Positions 13,511 to 30,238 of a stretch of 64,000 nt of DNA are shown one piece after another; position 1 is the stretch's first letter, and each line of letters opens with the position of its first letter. The notes beneath the pieces were generated by a model. The model saw only the letters and a program-made list of their open reading frames with translations, was not told the origin of the DNA and did not search any database. The translations under genes were made by a program, and so were the position numbers. Origin of the DNA: the human T2T-CHM13v2.0 reference genome, Homo sapiens; the NCBI RefSeq assembly GCF_009914755.1, contig NC_060940.1; one strand, 5' to 3'.

Positions 13511-14474
13511 GAGAGAGGGCGGTGGAGAAGTTAGGAGGGACCCATTTGAGCATATGTTTCAGAAGTGCAAGAAACACCAGTTGATGTGGTCCTTCAGGGA
13601 GACTTGCCAGCAGGAGAGAAAACTAGAATGAAGAGCAGAATAATACAGTGAGAAGGGAAGAAGGAAAATGAGGGAATCCCTGACCTTAACACCAAGCCTG
13701 CTATTCTCCCCAGATCTTCCCACCTACTCCTTCCATCACTCATGATGGAAGTCCTTTGGATGATAAAATCACAGAGTACCAAAGTGGCTCATCTGACAGA
13801 TGAAGAAATGAAGGACCAGAGAGGACGGGTAACACAGCCAGATGGCTGTGTGTTTGGCCGCCCCTGCCTTTTTATCTGACTGTACCATCCAGAGAACACT
13901 CTGAAGGACTGTGAGGCAGAGAAACACCACAAATTCTGCCACAGAGCCTCAATTCACTCCAATCCCTTTAATAGGTCTTGTTCAGACAACCTTGTAAAGC
14001 TACAGAATATGGTTTCTCTTTCTTTGATACTGGAAGTGTCAGGAGTCTCTCTGGCCATTTATTTGATGTAGAGGTTGCTAAATGTTATGGCAAATAGCCA
14101 TATCAATCTGGTTAATGGCTGAGCATTGGTGTTGGCTGAAACCTTAAGACCTCACCAATGAGAAAGGAAAGGTTTCCTGGTCTCCAGACCATGCTGTACA
14201 TGAATATCTGGAACAGGAAAGTCATGTGGTGTGATGGACTCTGTCCCTGGAGCTAAGGAGTGTTCTATCTTAGCCTTGATTCTGTTGCTAACTTGTGTGG
14301 CCTTGAGGAAATCAGCTACTCTCTCTGGGAAGCTTTCACAAAAAGGAAAAAGAGGCTAATATAAATAGCCCAGAACTTGTGCATACAGACTTTAGAAGCA
14401 AATGTACCCTTTCAGAATTTGCTGATGCCCATGAATTCCTTCTCTCCTCTCTCAGTTTACTGTGGCTACAGCTC

Positions 14475-14910
14475 TCATGCTTACTGCTGTGTAACAACCG
14501 CAAAATCCCAGTGGGTGCAACAAGAAGAATTTTTGTAGCTCACGCATCTGCAGTTGCGCTGATGCAGGCTCAGCTGGCCTGGCTGATTCTGTCTAGGCTT
14601 GGCTGCAGTGGCTGCCTCTGCTTCATATGTGTCTCATTCTCTTCCAGCTCTGAAAGATGATCCCAGGTAGATGTATCTCGTGATAATGACAGTGACACAG
14701 TGACACAGAGCAGGCAGAAACATGTGAGGCCCCTTAAGTCTTAGCTCAGAACTGGAACGCTGTAACTCTCACCTTATTCTACTAGCCAAAGCATTACACA
14801 CAGCCAAGCCCAAAGTGAAAGGTCGGGGAAATATATTATACTCCAGTATTTTGGCACAAGGAGCTATAAAGTCATGTGGGATGGGGCATGCACAGAGCCA
14901 ATGAATTAAT
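14475..14910 (-). mobile_element. Old MaLR LTR (MLT1H/I-like)
   Basis: tgctgtgtaacaa...gctcagaactgg...ttctactagccaaagca...gccaagcccaaagt. Confidence 0.7.
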
Positions 14911-15550
14911 CCACCTGCGCTCTTTAACAGGAAACATGGGTCTCCACTGGGCCAGTTTCCTCCCTGTTCTGCACTATGTTTTTCTTACGTTGTGCCTCCA
15001 GTTCCCCACCTGGAATCACTCCCCCATCTACCTATCTAAACTCTGTTTATTCCACAAGACCCAGGCCAACAGCCCCCTCAACCGTGAAAGCTTCTCCAGA
15101 CCCACAGTTGGCCACCTGAACTGTTCCAATCCTCTGGCTTGTGGGTAGGTGTCTCCTACCTCTCTGGCCAACTAGCAGCTGACTTGTAGAAGACCATAAG
15201 TAATAAGTCCCATCAAGTGGTGCTCACTGGTGGGTTAGGATGCCCGTGAAGGGGGTGTGGCATTGGTGATTAGGTTTCCTAAGAAGGGAGGGAAACATTG
15301 ACTATCTCTTCTGTAACTGCCCTGCCCTTAGGGAGCTGAATGATGGCATTTCCCCTTCTGGGTTCACTGAGTCAGAACCACCCCTTTGTCCACTGGTCAG
15401 GGTGCTGCACTTTGTCACACTGGCCCCGGGGCAGCCCTACTTGCCCCCTTCAGCTTGTACATGCCCCCTTCAGCTTGTACGAAGACCCTTGATTCTCCCT
15501 AGAGCCCACACCTAGCCCATGTACCAGGGCAGAAAAGCAGACATCATAGT

Positions 15551-15690
15551 GAAAGAGGAGAGTTCCCTTATCCCTCTCACAAGGCATGCAGCAGGGGTGC
15601 GGCTCGCTCCTTCGGTTGCTCAGCTGCTCAAACCCCTAGGGGTACCAGGCAGACAGGCAGGTGCAGAGGCCATAGGGAGCGCTTTTGGGT
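15551..15690 (-). mobile_element. 3' fragment of an ERV1 LTR (LTR1/LTR28-like)
   Basis: Reverse complement ends ...gggataagggaactctcctctttca, typical of this group. Confidence 0.6.
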
Positions 15691-15866
15691 GATCTTCTTT
15701 ACTCAGCCTTCAGATTCTAATACTAATCTCTTTGTGAACGCCCTTAGAGACACAGCCAGAAATAACATTTTACCAGCTATCTTGGTACCCCTTAGCCCAG
15801 GGATGTGATAAATCAATCCCATAAATTAATTTATATGTCCATGTATTAAGTTGACACACATTACAG
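15691..15866 (-). mobile_element. MLT2 (ERVL) LTR 5' fragment
   Basis: ccagaaataacattttaccagctatct...cccttagcccag...aagttgacac is the reverse complement of the MLT2 start. Confidence 0.8.
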
Positions 15867-17127
15867 CTGGCTTTAGGGTTATTAGGAGTCAAGAATAAAA
15901 TACATGTCAAGGGACCCATTTTCTGCCATTGTGCCCAATGGATGAGCTTTCTTTCTACACCCCACTGCATCTCCCTTAGCCTCCTGGATTTTCAAGGTCT
16001 CACTGACCTCTGGCTACAGGACTAGGCCTGGTGGGTGACAAAATAAACACAGTCAGAACCTATGTGGGAAGGAACCCACGTAGGTTCCTTCCCATCCTCC
16101 AGGGCCAATCTCTCAAAGTCCAGTCCTAACCATTTTTTTTTCCCAAAGTCAGAAGCAGCCCCGCCCAGCCTCCTGCATGCTGGGCTATAGATCCTTTCCT
16201 CCTCTTCATGTTAAGTGCCCCAGGACAATTTTGCACACACTTCTCAGCGGCTGCTGCAGCAGAGACTGTAAACCTGTACGCAGAATTCATTAGCTCTGCC
16301 GCAGGTCCTGGTGCTCACCTTCCTCAACACTCTTGTTTCTAAGAGGCATCTGTGGGTTCTGGCTGAGTAAAAAGAGGAGTCCAGCATCCCCTGATATTCA
16401 GCCATGGCTCCAGTGGCCACCTGGAGCACATCAAAGTGGGCTCCTGACTTTGCAGGCACGAACTAGAGCCTGGCAGATGCATTTGAGGTCTGGCCGTGCC
16501 ACCTCTGCTCAGAGTACAATTTAACAGATTTTTTTCCATACTGCTCTGGGAAGTGGGGACCTATAGAGATTTGGTAATTGGCATCCTAAGTCCTAGCATG
16601 CTTTGATCTCTGCAGCACCTTGCTGCTCTAATTGCTTAGAGACCCATTTTCCTATCCCAAGACCACAGGCCAGAGACTCTGCAATAACCTGAAGGCAAGA
16701 GATATTAAACTGTCTCATTGCCTCTGCTCTGAAGAGAAAGAAGTTTTCAATTTCAGTCGTAGTGGCAGGGCAGGACAATTCTAGGGATACCTAGGATCTA
16801 AGAAGTTTCTTCCATAAGTCAGGGCTGGCCCATGAGGACAAGGGATTCAACAGGGTTACCCCCCATGTGGAATGGGCTGGCTTGGGAGGTTGTGCAAATT
16901 AACGGGATGCAAACTGATCATCCGTCAAGCCAGAAACCTGGGCATTATCCACAGTTCTCTTTCTTTCCTACACACCCCATCAATCAGCAAGTCCTGGCAA
17001 TGTTACCTGCTAAGTACCTCTTGAATCTGTTGCACCCTCTCCTCATTCCCATGACCACAGCTTCCGTCCATCTCTTACCCATTTTCTGAACGCCTCTTTC
17101 CAGTTTGAGCCTCCAGCCCTCTAAACC

Positions 17128-17693
<566 letters not shown>

Positions 17694-17844
17694 TCTAAAC
17701 CACCACCAGTTAAGTTCATGTCTTTTTCTCTCCTTCAAAATTCATCAACCATTCTTCCTGCCAACTAATAAAATTTGAAATTCCTTGCCACACATGCCTC
17801 ATTCTTTATGAATGGGTTCTTAGCTAGTTCAGGAATTATAACTT

Positions 17845-18140
17845 AGCAGGCAACAGACTTTATCTACTTCGTATATTTCTATTGTGGCCTAAATTGAATT
17901 TGAAATATTAAATTAGTGGCCAACTTTTTATAGAATGATAAGACTATATATAAAAATTCATATTTATGACTTATCTTGAGGAATAGGAAATTCTGGCAAC
18001 ACCTGGCCCTTCATTGACAATGAGCAGCCACAATCAATGCACATCCACCCTCTTTAGGTAAAGCCACAGACTCCACCTCTCCCCTATTGTCCTACACCTG
18101 TCCTGCTTCATTCGTACAAGCATGAGTTTGAAAAGCCCTG
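17845..18140 (-). mobile_element. MER102-like hAT transposon
   Basis: tctggcaacacctggccc...ccctattgtcctacacctg...catgagtttgaaaagccctg. Confidence 0.7.
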
Positions 18141-18268
18141 CTCTTCCTTCTTTCTCTGCCAATCGGCCCTCTTCCTAGAACAGTTTTCCTATAGCTATAC
18201 TGCAAGACAGAGTCCCCAAAGAAGCCGCGCTCCATCCCACCTCCACATTTTCATGCACGCTACCTTCT

Positions 18269-18461
18269 TACATTAGTTTGCTGGGGCTGCTATCACAAGC
18301 ACCAAAGACTTGGTGGCTTAAACAACAGAAATGTATTTTCTCACAGTTCTGGAGGCTGGAAGTCCAAGATTAAGGTGACAGTAGGGTTGTCTCTTCTGAG
18401 GCCTGTCTCCTGGGCTTGTAGATGGCCGTCTTCTCCTTGTGTCTTCATGTGCCCTTCCCTC

Positions 18462-18499
<38 letters not shown>

Positions 18500-18678
18500 T
18501 AATCTCCCCTTCTTACAAGGACACCAATCCTATGCAATTAGGGTCCACCCCAATGACCTCATTCAACTCTAATAAGCTCTTCAAGGACCTATCTCCAAAG
18601 ACAGTCACAATCTTAAATACTGGAGGTTAGAGTTAGAACTTCAGTATTTGGTGGGAAGGCACAATTCAGCTCTTAACA
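18269..18678 (-). mobile_element. MLT1A-type MaLR LTR containing (TG)n at ~18465-18498
   Basis: ggtggcttaaacaacagaaat...ctcacagttctggaggctggaagtccaagat. Confidence 0.88.
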
Positions 18679-19799
18679 TCCCCCTTCCATGAGTGCCTTT
18701 CCCTACTGTATTTACCTAAAAAATATGCATTGTTACTCCAGGAATCAGACCATGCACAACCTCCTCCAACAGCCCCTGCAGGGTTGGTTTTCTATCATAT
18801 GTTTCTTTGCAACTTACATACACCTTTACTAGAGAACTATTATCTTGCACTTCAATGATTTCTATTCCCCCTTTCTTCCACTAAACTGTCAGCTTCTAGG
18901 TGGTAGTAACTATATTTTTTTCATCCCTGTTTATTCAATAAATATCTACTGGGGGCCTACCATGTGCCATGCACTGCTAAAGCCACTGAAGATTCAGCAA
19001 TGAACAAGACGGGCAAGGTCCTTGACTATATGGGCTCATATTCTAGTAAGGGAAAGGAATGGTAAATAAGTCAAAAAGCAATCGTGATAAATTGCAAACA
19101 CTGTGCTTAATCCATTGTAGGTGTTCAAAAAGCCTTAAACTGAATGCCATGGGGAGAATGCGTTCATCTGGGAAGAATGGGAGAAGAGGGGTCTAAAACC
19201 CTGAGAACATTTTCAAACCTGAAATTTTGTGATTTTTTCTTTACTCTGAGTTGCTGAGGGAGTTATTATGCAGAAGGTCAAAGAAGGCTCCCATTGTCCT
19301 GAAAGCTCATGTCACTTAATGATGCAGAAACTTGGGTCACTGCATCCCTTCACCTGTCCTTAAATCATGAGACCTCACAGCATCCCTGAGAAGAGACGTG
19401 ACAACCAAGACAAAGCCCACCAAATGTCTCCCATCCCACGGTCTCAAAATTCCCACAGCCAGGGGTCTGTTTGCCAGTGGACAGACCTAGAGATGAGGTA
19501 TATTTTCCTGCATTCAATTTTTGGATAAATTTACGGGGCAGTGGAGAATGGGGTAAGGGCGGGTGATTAGGCCTCAGGGGACTCGCACTGTGTAAATGAT
19601 GCCCATTTCAGGTGCATCACAGCCCATATCAGCCTTTAAGGAAGAGAAGGACCATTTCTAGAAATTCTCTAGTAATAAGGCATGGTATCAGCATACTGGG
19701 ACTCGTGCTCTGCTAAAAGCACAAAGCCTGCGGGAGCTCAGCATGGCCACAGTAATGTCCATTCCCTTCCTATCTGTTGTCCATAATTTTTAAAAAAAT

Positions 19800-21130
<1,331 letters not shown>

Positions 21131-21594
21131 GTGGAGTTATTTGATCAAAGATATGCACATTGGAAAGTCTTTATGTGTTTTGTTAAACCGCATCCCCAAA
21201 AGATTAGGTCAATTGACACCTCGCCCCCAGCAGTGGATGAAAATGCCTGTTATACTGAACTCTCACTAGCAATGTGTTTTTAACAACCAAAATCTCTCTT
21301 AATTTATAAGACTATTGAATGTTAGATACAAAATACACAAGGTATACTACCTCTTTCCTATCCTTTTACTGTACTTCTTAAAAAGTAATTGTTGGTTCTC
21401 AGGTTTATGTTATCTGCTGACATTTCATAGAGATTTTAACACCGTTCCTCTGGAAGAGCTCTAACGGAATATCTAGAAACATTTTGGGGTCACATAACTC
21501 TAATATTCTGAAAAAGCTATTGGATTAGGGCCCACTGCAATGACCTCATTTAATCCTTCAGAGGTCTGTAAGGACCCTGAAGACAGATTCTTAG

Positions 21595-22125
<531 letters not shown>

Positions 22126-23057
22126 TCAACACAGGAATTTGAAGGGGAGAAACACAATTCAGTCCATAACATCCCTTTTCCAGGAATGCCCTTCCCTTCC
22201 TTATTCACTGAACAAATCCTCATTCACTCTTACTTTAAACATCAGATCGAGCACAGCCTTCTCTGACAGCCACAATTTCTTCCCAGAAAAATGTGCCTAC
22301 ATGCAAATTTTTTTCACTAGTTTCAGAAGACTCCCAGATCTAGCAGGAGTGTCACAGACCCACAAAGAAGAAATCTGACCTATTTTATTATCCCTGTTTT
22401 ACAGATAAGAAAGCTAAAGCCCCCCCCCAAAAAAATCTGCTTTTCCTAAAAACTAAAATAAAACAATTTTTTTTCTCATTTTAAAGGCCTTCTCCCACCC
22501 CCAAAAGAAAATCGAGGAGAAAAGCATATATTGCTTTCTACTTAAAAAATAGATATTTTGATTTTGAAAAAGAAAAGTGCTTTGAGAAACAGTGGCTTGA
22601 TCTGAGTGAACACAGCGCGTCCCAAGGTGAGCACTTTAAGAGGGTTCACGTCCAATCTCATGGGGTGAGGTGGGAAAAGTGCTGATCAGGGAACATGAAA
22701 CCCAAGATCTGGTCCTCACAGACAACAGACTGAATGTAAATCCTCGAATAACTCAAAAGCCCCATGAGCCTCACTTTCCACATCCATAAAGTCGGGTACT
22801 AATGTTTGCCTCACAGCCACGTTCTAAGGAATAAATGAAATTTCTGGACACATAAGGAAATGCTATATACGTAGGTTGCTGCTATATATTGTTAAAGATT
22901 ATTTTTCAAATAAATTCAGCAAATACATATGGGGCACCTATGATATGCCAGGCACTGTTCTAGGTGCTAGGGAATAAACCCTAGATGGGAGAGTTGGGAG
23001 GGCTGCTCCTCTGGAGTTTGCAATCTGGCAGGCACAGCCAACCTTAAAGTGGGGATT

Positions 23058-23793
<736 letters not shown>

Positions 23794-24021
23794 GGATTCA
23801 AATGGGATAATTGTCAGGAACAAAGAAGTGCAAGAAGCTGAGGGTGCTTACAGGGACAGGAACCAACCCCACTGGAACTGGTCAAGATGTCCCATGTAAG
23901 GAGAGTAGAGTAACTGAAACCTGCAGGGGAAGGAGGGTTTGTCCAGTAAAAGGAAGAGGGCATTTTAAGGATCAGGAATTAAGAGAGAGCTTTGCATGTT
24001 AAATGAACTTTTAAAAGTCCA

Positions 24022-24670
24022 GTGTGGGGTGTGTGTGTGTGTGTGTATGTGCGTGTGTGTGTGAGAGAGAGAGAGTGTTATAGCTGTGTGTGCTGTGAGT
24101 GTGTGCAGGCTGTAGGTTTATATGTATGTTAATAGGTTGCATGTGTGTTTGAGGGTATGTGGGAGGGGTTGTGAGTTGTGTGTGTTGCGGTTGTGTTTGT
24201 ATGTTGTGGGTTGTGTGTGGTGTGGGTTATGTGCATTGTAGGTCACATGCATGTGGGTGTGTGGCTTCATATTCTGGGTTATGTGGTGGGTTTTAGGTTG
24301 TGGGGAGTTGTGTATGGAGTGCGGTTATATGGGGGAGGTGTGTTATGCTTATGCTGCAGGTTGTATGTGTGTATGCTGTAGGTTGCATGTATGTGAGTAT
24401 GAGTTTTAGGTTATGTGGGAGGGGTTCTGTGTGTGTATGGGCTGTGGGTTGTATGGATGTGTGTGTTGTGGGTTGCATGTATGTAATTGTGTGGCAGATT
24501 GTATGTTGTTAGTGGCATTCATTGGGTGTGTATTTTGGGTTATGTGGTGGGGCTATAGGGTGTGAGCAGTTGTGTGTATTTGTTGTGCATCAGTGTGGAT
24601 TATGGAGTTTGCAAGTTGTGTATGTGGGTTGTGGGGTGTGAGAGGTGTATGTGTGTGTATGTGTGGGTGA
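24022..24670. repeat. Degenerate GT-rich low-complexity block starting with (TG)n(AG)n
   Basis: About 650 bp dominated by G/T. Confidence 0.95.
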
Positions 24671-24719
24671 TAAGGCTAAAGGGGTAGGCTGAGTCAGACT
24701 CCACATGATATAGAAGACA

Positions 24720-25166
24720 CTGTTGGTTGCCCTTCTTCAATGAAAGTTGCCCGACTTCCAAATGCCAGAACCTGCTCTGCTTTGCCTGGGGACTTTTTCT
24801 GGGTCTGGGTCCCCCCTTGTCCCCACTGTCAGCAGTGCCAGCGAATTCACGCTCCCCACCCCCAGAGTCCTCCAATCAATGTCTGAGCAGGGGTGGGTGG
24901 ATAAATACCCCAGCTCCCTCACCCCTCGGGGGAGATAATGCTGACATGTGTGTTCTGTGCCACTCTTCCGCTTTGCCTGGCAGGATTTAGCTCTAGATGC
25001 ACACAGTGGTCCCGTGCTTCATAGCGACCCTTTATTGGTTCTTTTCCTTCCTGTTTCACTTTCACACCCCTATCTGGGTGTTTCCTGAGCCCTTCCTCAA
25101 AAAAAAGACCTGGTCTCACATCCGTTACCTCATTGGTCTACTTCTAGGCCAACCCAAGCTGAGACA
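24720..25166 (+). mobile_element. LTR16-family ERVL solo LTR
   Basis: cacagtgg...accctttattgg.tcttttccttcctgtttcactt...cttctaggccaacccaagctgagaca matches the LTR16 3' end. Confidence 0.75.
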
Positions 25167-26779
25167 GCCATGTAAGCCATCCTGGACTTCACTCTGAGGG
25201 CAGCGGGCAGCCATGAGGGTTATTGACAGGGGCATCCCATAATCCATTGTTTTAAAAAATTAAATGAATAAAACATATGGTTCCAGCACCTTTCTATCAT
25301 CCACAATTCGTGCCTTGGAAAAGGGTGCCTATAGTCCATGCACAAAAGCTCCCCAGTCAAGGAAGGCTATGTGCCCACCTGCCAGGCCAAGGTGGTCCCA
25401 CCCTCCAGCAGGTCCTTGAGATTCCAGAGCATTCAGGTGACTCATCTGAGGGCACAAAGCTAAGGAGCCATCAAGCCCAGGGTGCAGTCCCAGCCACCTG
25501 CACACCTGCATCTCAGCCCCATTCTCACCAGGATGCTTCTGCAGTAAAACCTTCAAAGTCATTTTATCCAAACCAGTTAAGATCAGGACCCCGGGCCAAC
25601 TCAAAACCTGTCAGTCACAACTGCTGTTTCGAGAGGACACTGTCACTTTCACTTAGCCTCCACTGGGAAAATGAGGACCAAAGCCATGTCCCTCCCTGGG
25701 ACAGGAGCCAGGGGCCTGTTTCTTTTGCAAGTCAGGCAGCTGCTCACGGGCCTACTTGAAAGGAGAGGATCTGGGCAGTTGTAACTGTCTGATCCTGCCT
25801 GGCACAGTTCTCCAGGGGAGCATTGTCCCTGTCATGCGGGTGAAGCCCACCGAGGTCGTCACTCTCTAAGCATGACAGACAGACAGTGCAGCTCAGCTGG
25901 CTCGTGCTCCTTTGAAATTTTTCTATGTCAGGCTCATCCTTCAGTGTGGATGAGAAAGGACAGAGCTGGAGCCTCAGCAGGGCTGGGAAGAGGATATCAG
26001 AATGGTGTGCGCACACGTGGAAAGAAAAGGAAATTGACTAGGAGATGAGTGGCCCCTGGTCCGATGGGATGGACAGGAACACCCCCCTCCATGCTGTGGG
26101 GGCTGTCGGTCCCGCCAAGACACCTGCTTCCTGGCGGTCCCAGGAGGACAGGCATTGCCAGAAAAATGGAGTGTGGTGCAACCCTACATGTTTTTCCTGT
26201 ATATGCATTCTTAAATCACTTACCCTCTCGGTGCTTCGGTTTCCTCCCTTATAAAATAGGGCTAATAATACCTATTTCAAAGCATTGCTGGGAGACTTAA
26301 ATGAGACAGTGTGTATAAACACCCTCAGGCAGATGCTATTAGATACGCCTTACTTTCCCCATCAAAACTAACATTTGGAGAGTACTCACTACACACCAGG
26401 TGCTGTCAAAACATCTTTGCTGTTCAACCACCCTGGGAAGCAGATCCTACAATTCATCCCATTTTAGAGATGAGGAAACTGAGAGAGGTTCCATAACATT
26501 CACAAGATTTAGCACTCGCAGGAAGTGGCAAAAGTTGCATCCCCGGCAGATCTGACTCCAGAGCCCGACCTTTGAGCCTTTCCAATTTCTCCCCTATTTA
26601 CAAGGGAAACAGAAAGCCCACTTTTCCCAGGAAGAGCACTTCTGTGTCATCAGGCATGGGTCATGTTCATCACCCATGTATGATGTCTTTTAAGGACATA
26701 AAGCTATAGTGTCATTGGTAGTGTATTTGATAGCTCTGGCTTGAAAATCCCATAAATCAAAATCATGATGCTGTACAGC

Positions 26780-26967
26780 AGTGGTTCTCAAAGCGTGGTC
26801 CACGGACCTCAGCATCAACAGTACCTGGGAAGGTGTCAGAAATGCAAATCCCGGGTCCCAGCCCAGGCCTACTGAGTCAGAAACTCTGGGAGTGGAGCCC
26901 AGAGATCTGTGTCTTACCAAGCCTTCCTGGTGACACTGATGGATACTATAGTTTGAGCACCAATGCC
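26780..26967. mobile_element. MER5A
   Basis: cagtggttctcaaagcgtggtcc...agaaatgcaaat...tactgagtcagaaactctggg...tttgagcaccaatg. Confidence 0.9.
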
Positions 26968-26974
26968 ATAGTAG

Positions 26975-27290
<316 letters not shown>

Positions 27291-27434
27291 TAGAGTACAT
27301 ATTTTCACTCTCCAATAACTACAGGTCATGAAGGAAATTGTAAATAAATAAATAAATAATAAATTGTTACTGTTTTATTTCCAGGTGGGATTGGTAGGAA
27401 ATAGGAGCAGTGGCCATGTTCATTGAGGGTTAAC

Positions 27435-27860
27435 AAGTTCATTCATTCATTCATTCATTCACTCGGTATTTATTTCTTGGGAACTATACGCCAGGCACTA
27501 TCCAGGAAATAATAAAATGTAGTTAAACAGACACAGACGTGTGTGGTTCCTACTTTTATAATCTAACAGTTCGGTGAGGGGCAGGGGCAGTCATGTAACA
27601 AAAATGACACAATTATTAAATTGTGTTTGTAGCAAGGGCTATGAATGGGGAAAGGCATGAATCTGGAAAGCAGAATGGGAGCCCCCGATCAAATCTTGGA
27701 AAACCTCTCAGAGGAAATGACACTGGAGTCAAGATACTGGCCAGTGAAGCCAGTCGGGAGTTGGGGGAGGCAATGACCGTGATGGGGAAAGGGAGCGAGC
27801 CCTCTAGCAGAGGAGACAGCCTGCACAAAGGCTCCCAGCGCAGCAAAGGCAGGGTGCCCT
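27435..27860 (-). mobile_element. L2 3' end with (CATT)n tail
   Basis: ttcattcattcattc...ccaggcactat...gacagcctgcacaaaggc. Confidence 0.7.
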
Positions 27861-30238
27861 GGGGCAGGGAGGGGCTCTGCGGGTGATCTCAGGTGCGCCC
27901 CCAGTTTCTACGTGAATCCCTCCACATCCAGCTCCCTCACCTTGTAATGGGCAAAGTCAGAACATCCACCCACAGGGCCCCACGTGATTTCGGCTGCTCA
28001 CAGAGGACACTTTTCCCACCTAAGGCCCCAGACACAAGTTCAGCTTCCTCGCTGCACTCTTAAGCCAGCAGGTGGAGAGTTTTGAGTTCCCATTTCCCTG
28101 GTGGCTAAGTTCCGCGTGAAGCCGGGAGCTATGCACACACAAGACACGCCTGGGACTGCTGAGCTGAAGCTCCTGTTCATTACTGTAGCTTTTCATTTCC
28201 TCTTTCTTTCTGCTGCTTGAAGCTCTGCCTTCTTTTTCCCAAGCTCAGCTACACTTCTTTTACCCAACACTTCTTTGTAATTAAAGAGAAGCAGTGAGAA
28301 TTAATTTGCCACATCAGCTCACTTCATTGTATTGATTTTTTTAAATCCCACCCCTCCCAAACCAAATCAGGTATCATTGCAGTGCACTTCTAGAGTATCT
28401 TGTGCCTCCCATCAAAACCTGAACACACAGGATCGTAATCTGTGCTTTAAGCATCTCCTATCTGCACCCCCACCCCCCACCCCGCCAAGCTGCAAATTCC
28501 ACACAGGTATGAACTTTCTGGCTTTTGCTCATCCATATTCCCAGCACCTAACCCAGTGCATGGCACATAATAGGTGCTCAATAAATGTTTTTGAATGGAT
28601 GAATGAGTTCATTGTTAACCTTCACACAATTCTGTGAGGTAGACTGCCACCTTGTTACCCTTTTTGAAGGTGAGAAAATGGAGGCTTGGCATGTTTAGCA
28701 ACTCTCTGAAGGTCAAATATCAAGTTGCAGATCTTAGATTCAAAATCTGGGCTGCTACATCCCAAAGATCAATGTCTTCTCCATGCATCACACTGTCTCT
28801 TCAACAACCCTTAAACTCCAGAAGGGCCTAGGTGTGTAGGTGAGTGCGACTGGACAGAAAACAGGAATGCTTCTTTCTGCCTTGAGTCAAGACACTGTTT
28901 GTATGATTGGAAATGAAGGGTGGGAGCCTTGGTACATGGAAGGAAAATTGGGCTGGTGACAGAATGGGGTGAATGCAGACATCCCTGCACAGTGGCAACA
29001 GGGAGGAGATGCTCTTATCCCAGTAAAATTTAATCCCTCATAAAAATAGCACCATATTTGGTAGATTGCATCCCTCCTGTAATGCAAAGAGCAGCAGGAT
29101 TTTCCAGATGAAAAGTCAGCTTAGACTGGTGCACACTTGCCCTCAGGGCTGATCCCTGAACACAGAGCTCCAGAGTGTGCAAAGATGGCCTCTTAGGGAC
29201 CAAACTGTCACCAGGAAAATCACAAGAAGAGAGGCCAACAATTCTCTGTGACTCTCAATCCAGGAGCTCCAACTTAACTATGTACGACATTCAGGATTCT
29301 GAAACCTTAGCAAATTTGAAATTATGATTATTACCTCATCAACATAACAGTTGAGTGAAGAAAAGCAGGGTATAAATTGCATTTCACGATGATTTCCACC
29401 TTGGTTAAAATAAAAATAAAAATATATGCGGCATGAAAAAGCCCCAAAATTAAAGGCAACACATGAAAAGCTTCAGGAGTAGAACTCAGAGTATTTTTTC
29501 TCTCTCTCTCATTTTCTATATTGCCCTAATTTTCATTAATGAAACTGCCTCTCATAAATAAAACAAAATTCCATTTTAAAGGAATATAATGGTGCTCAGT
29601 ACATGCTTGTTATATGGCCAGTTCATTCTATTTTACATAACCCGGGATAGTGCATATTATCAGCCTCATTTTATAGGCGAGGACATTAGGTTCAAACAGA
29701 CTGAGTAGCTTGACCAAGCTGTAGCTCCTAAGTGCAAAGCCAAGGTTTAAAAATAAATTTTGACCTACTCTAAAGCAGCACTTTCCAACTTGGCATGTTA
29801 GAATCATGAGAAGCTTTTTAAATCCTGATGTCCAGGCCACGCCCCAAACCAATTGAATTTGAATCCTTGAGTGTGGGACTCAGGCATCAGTATTTCTTAA
29901 ATGTTCTCAGCAATTATAAGGTGTAGCCAAGATTGAGAACTAATGCTCACAAGCCTATGTCCTCAAACACAGTGCTATATTGCTTCTCTATATACAGAAA
30001 TCTATTCTTTGTCATTTGTTGGGAATATAGATAATTATTATTGAAAAATCTTAATACCATCAAATATTGCCTAAGAACCCTATTGATTTCTGAGCCTTGT
30101 CCACATGCCCAGATCAATTCATGGAAAGAGGGTAGCCACCCTACAGAAGAGTAGTAGTTCAACGATCAGAGCAAGGAAAAGAATAATGATGCCAAGAATA
30201 GATTTCTGAAGGCTGAACCCATTCAGAAAGGTTTCCTG

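Noticed and set aside
25277-25759. 160-aa ATG ORF in mostly unique DNA
   Set aside because: No recognisable domain, promoter or splice context. Length is within chance for 64 kb.
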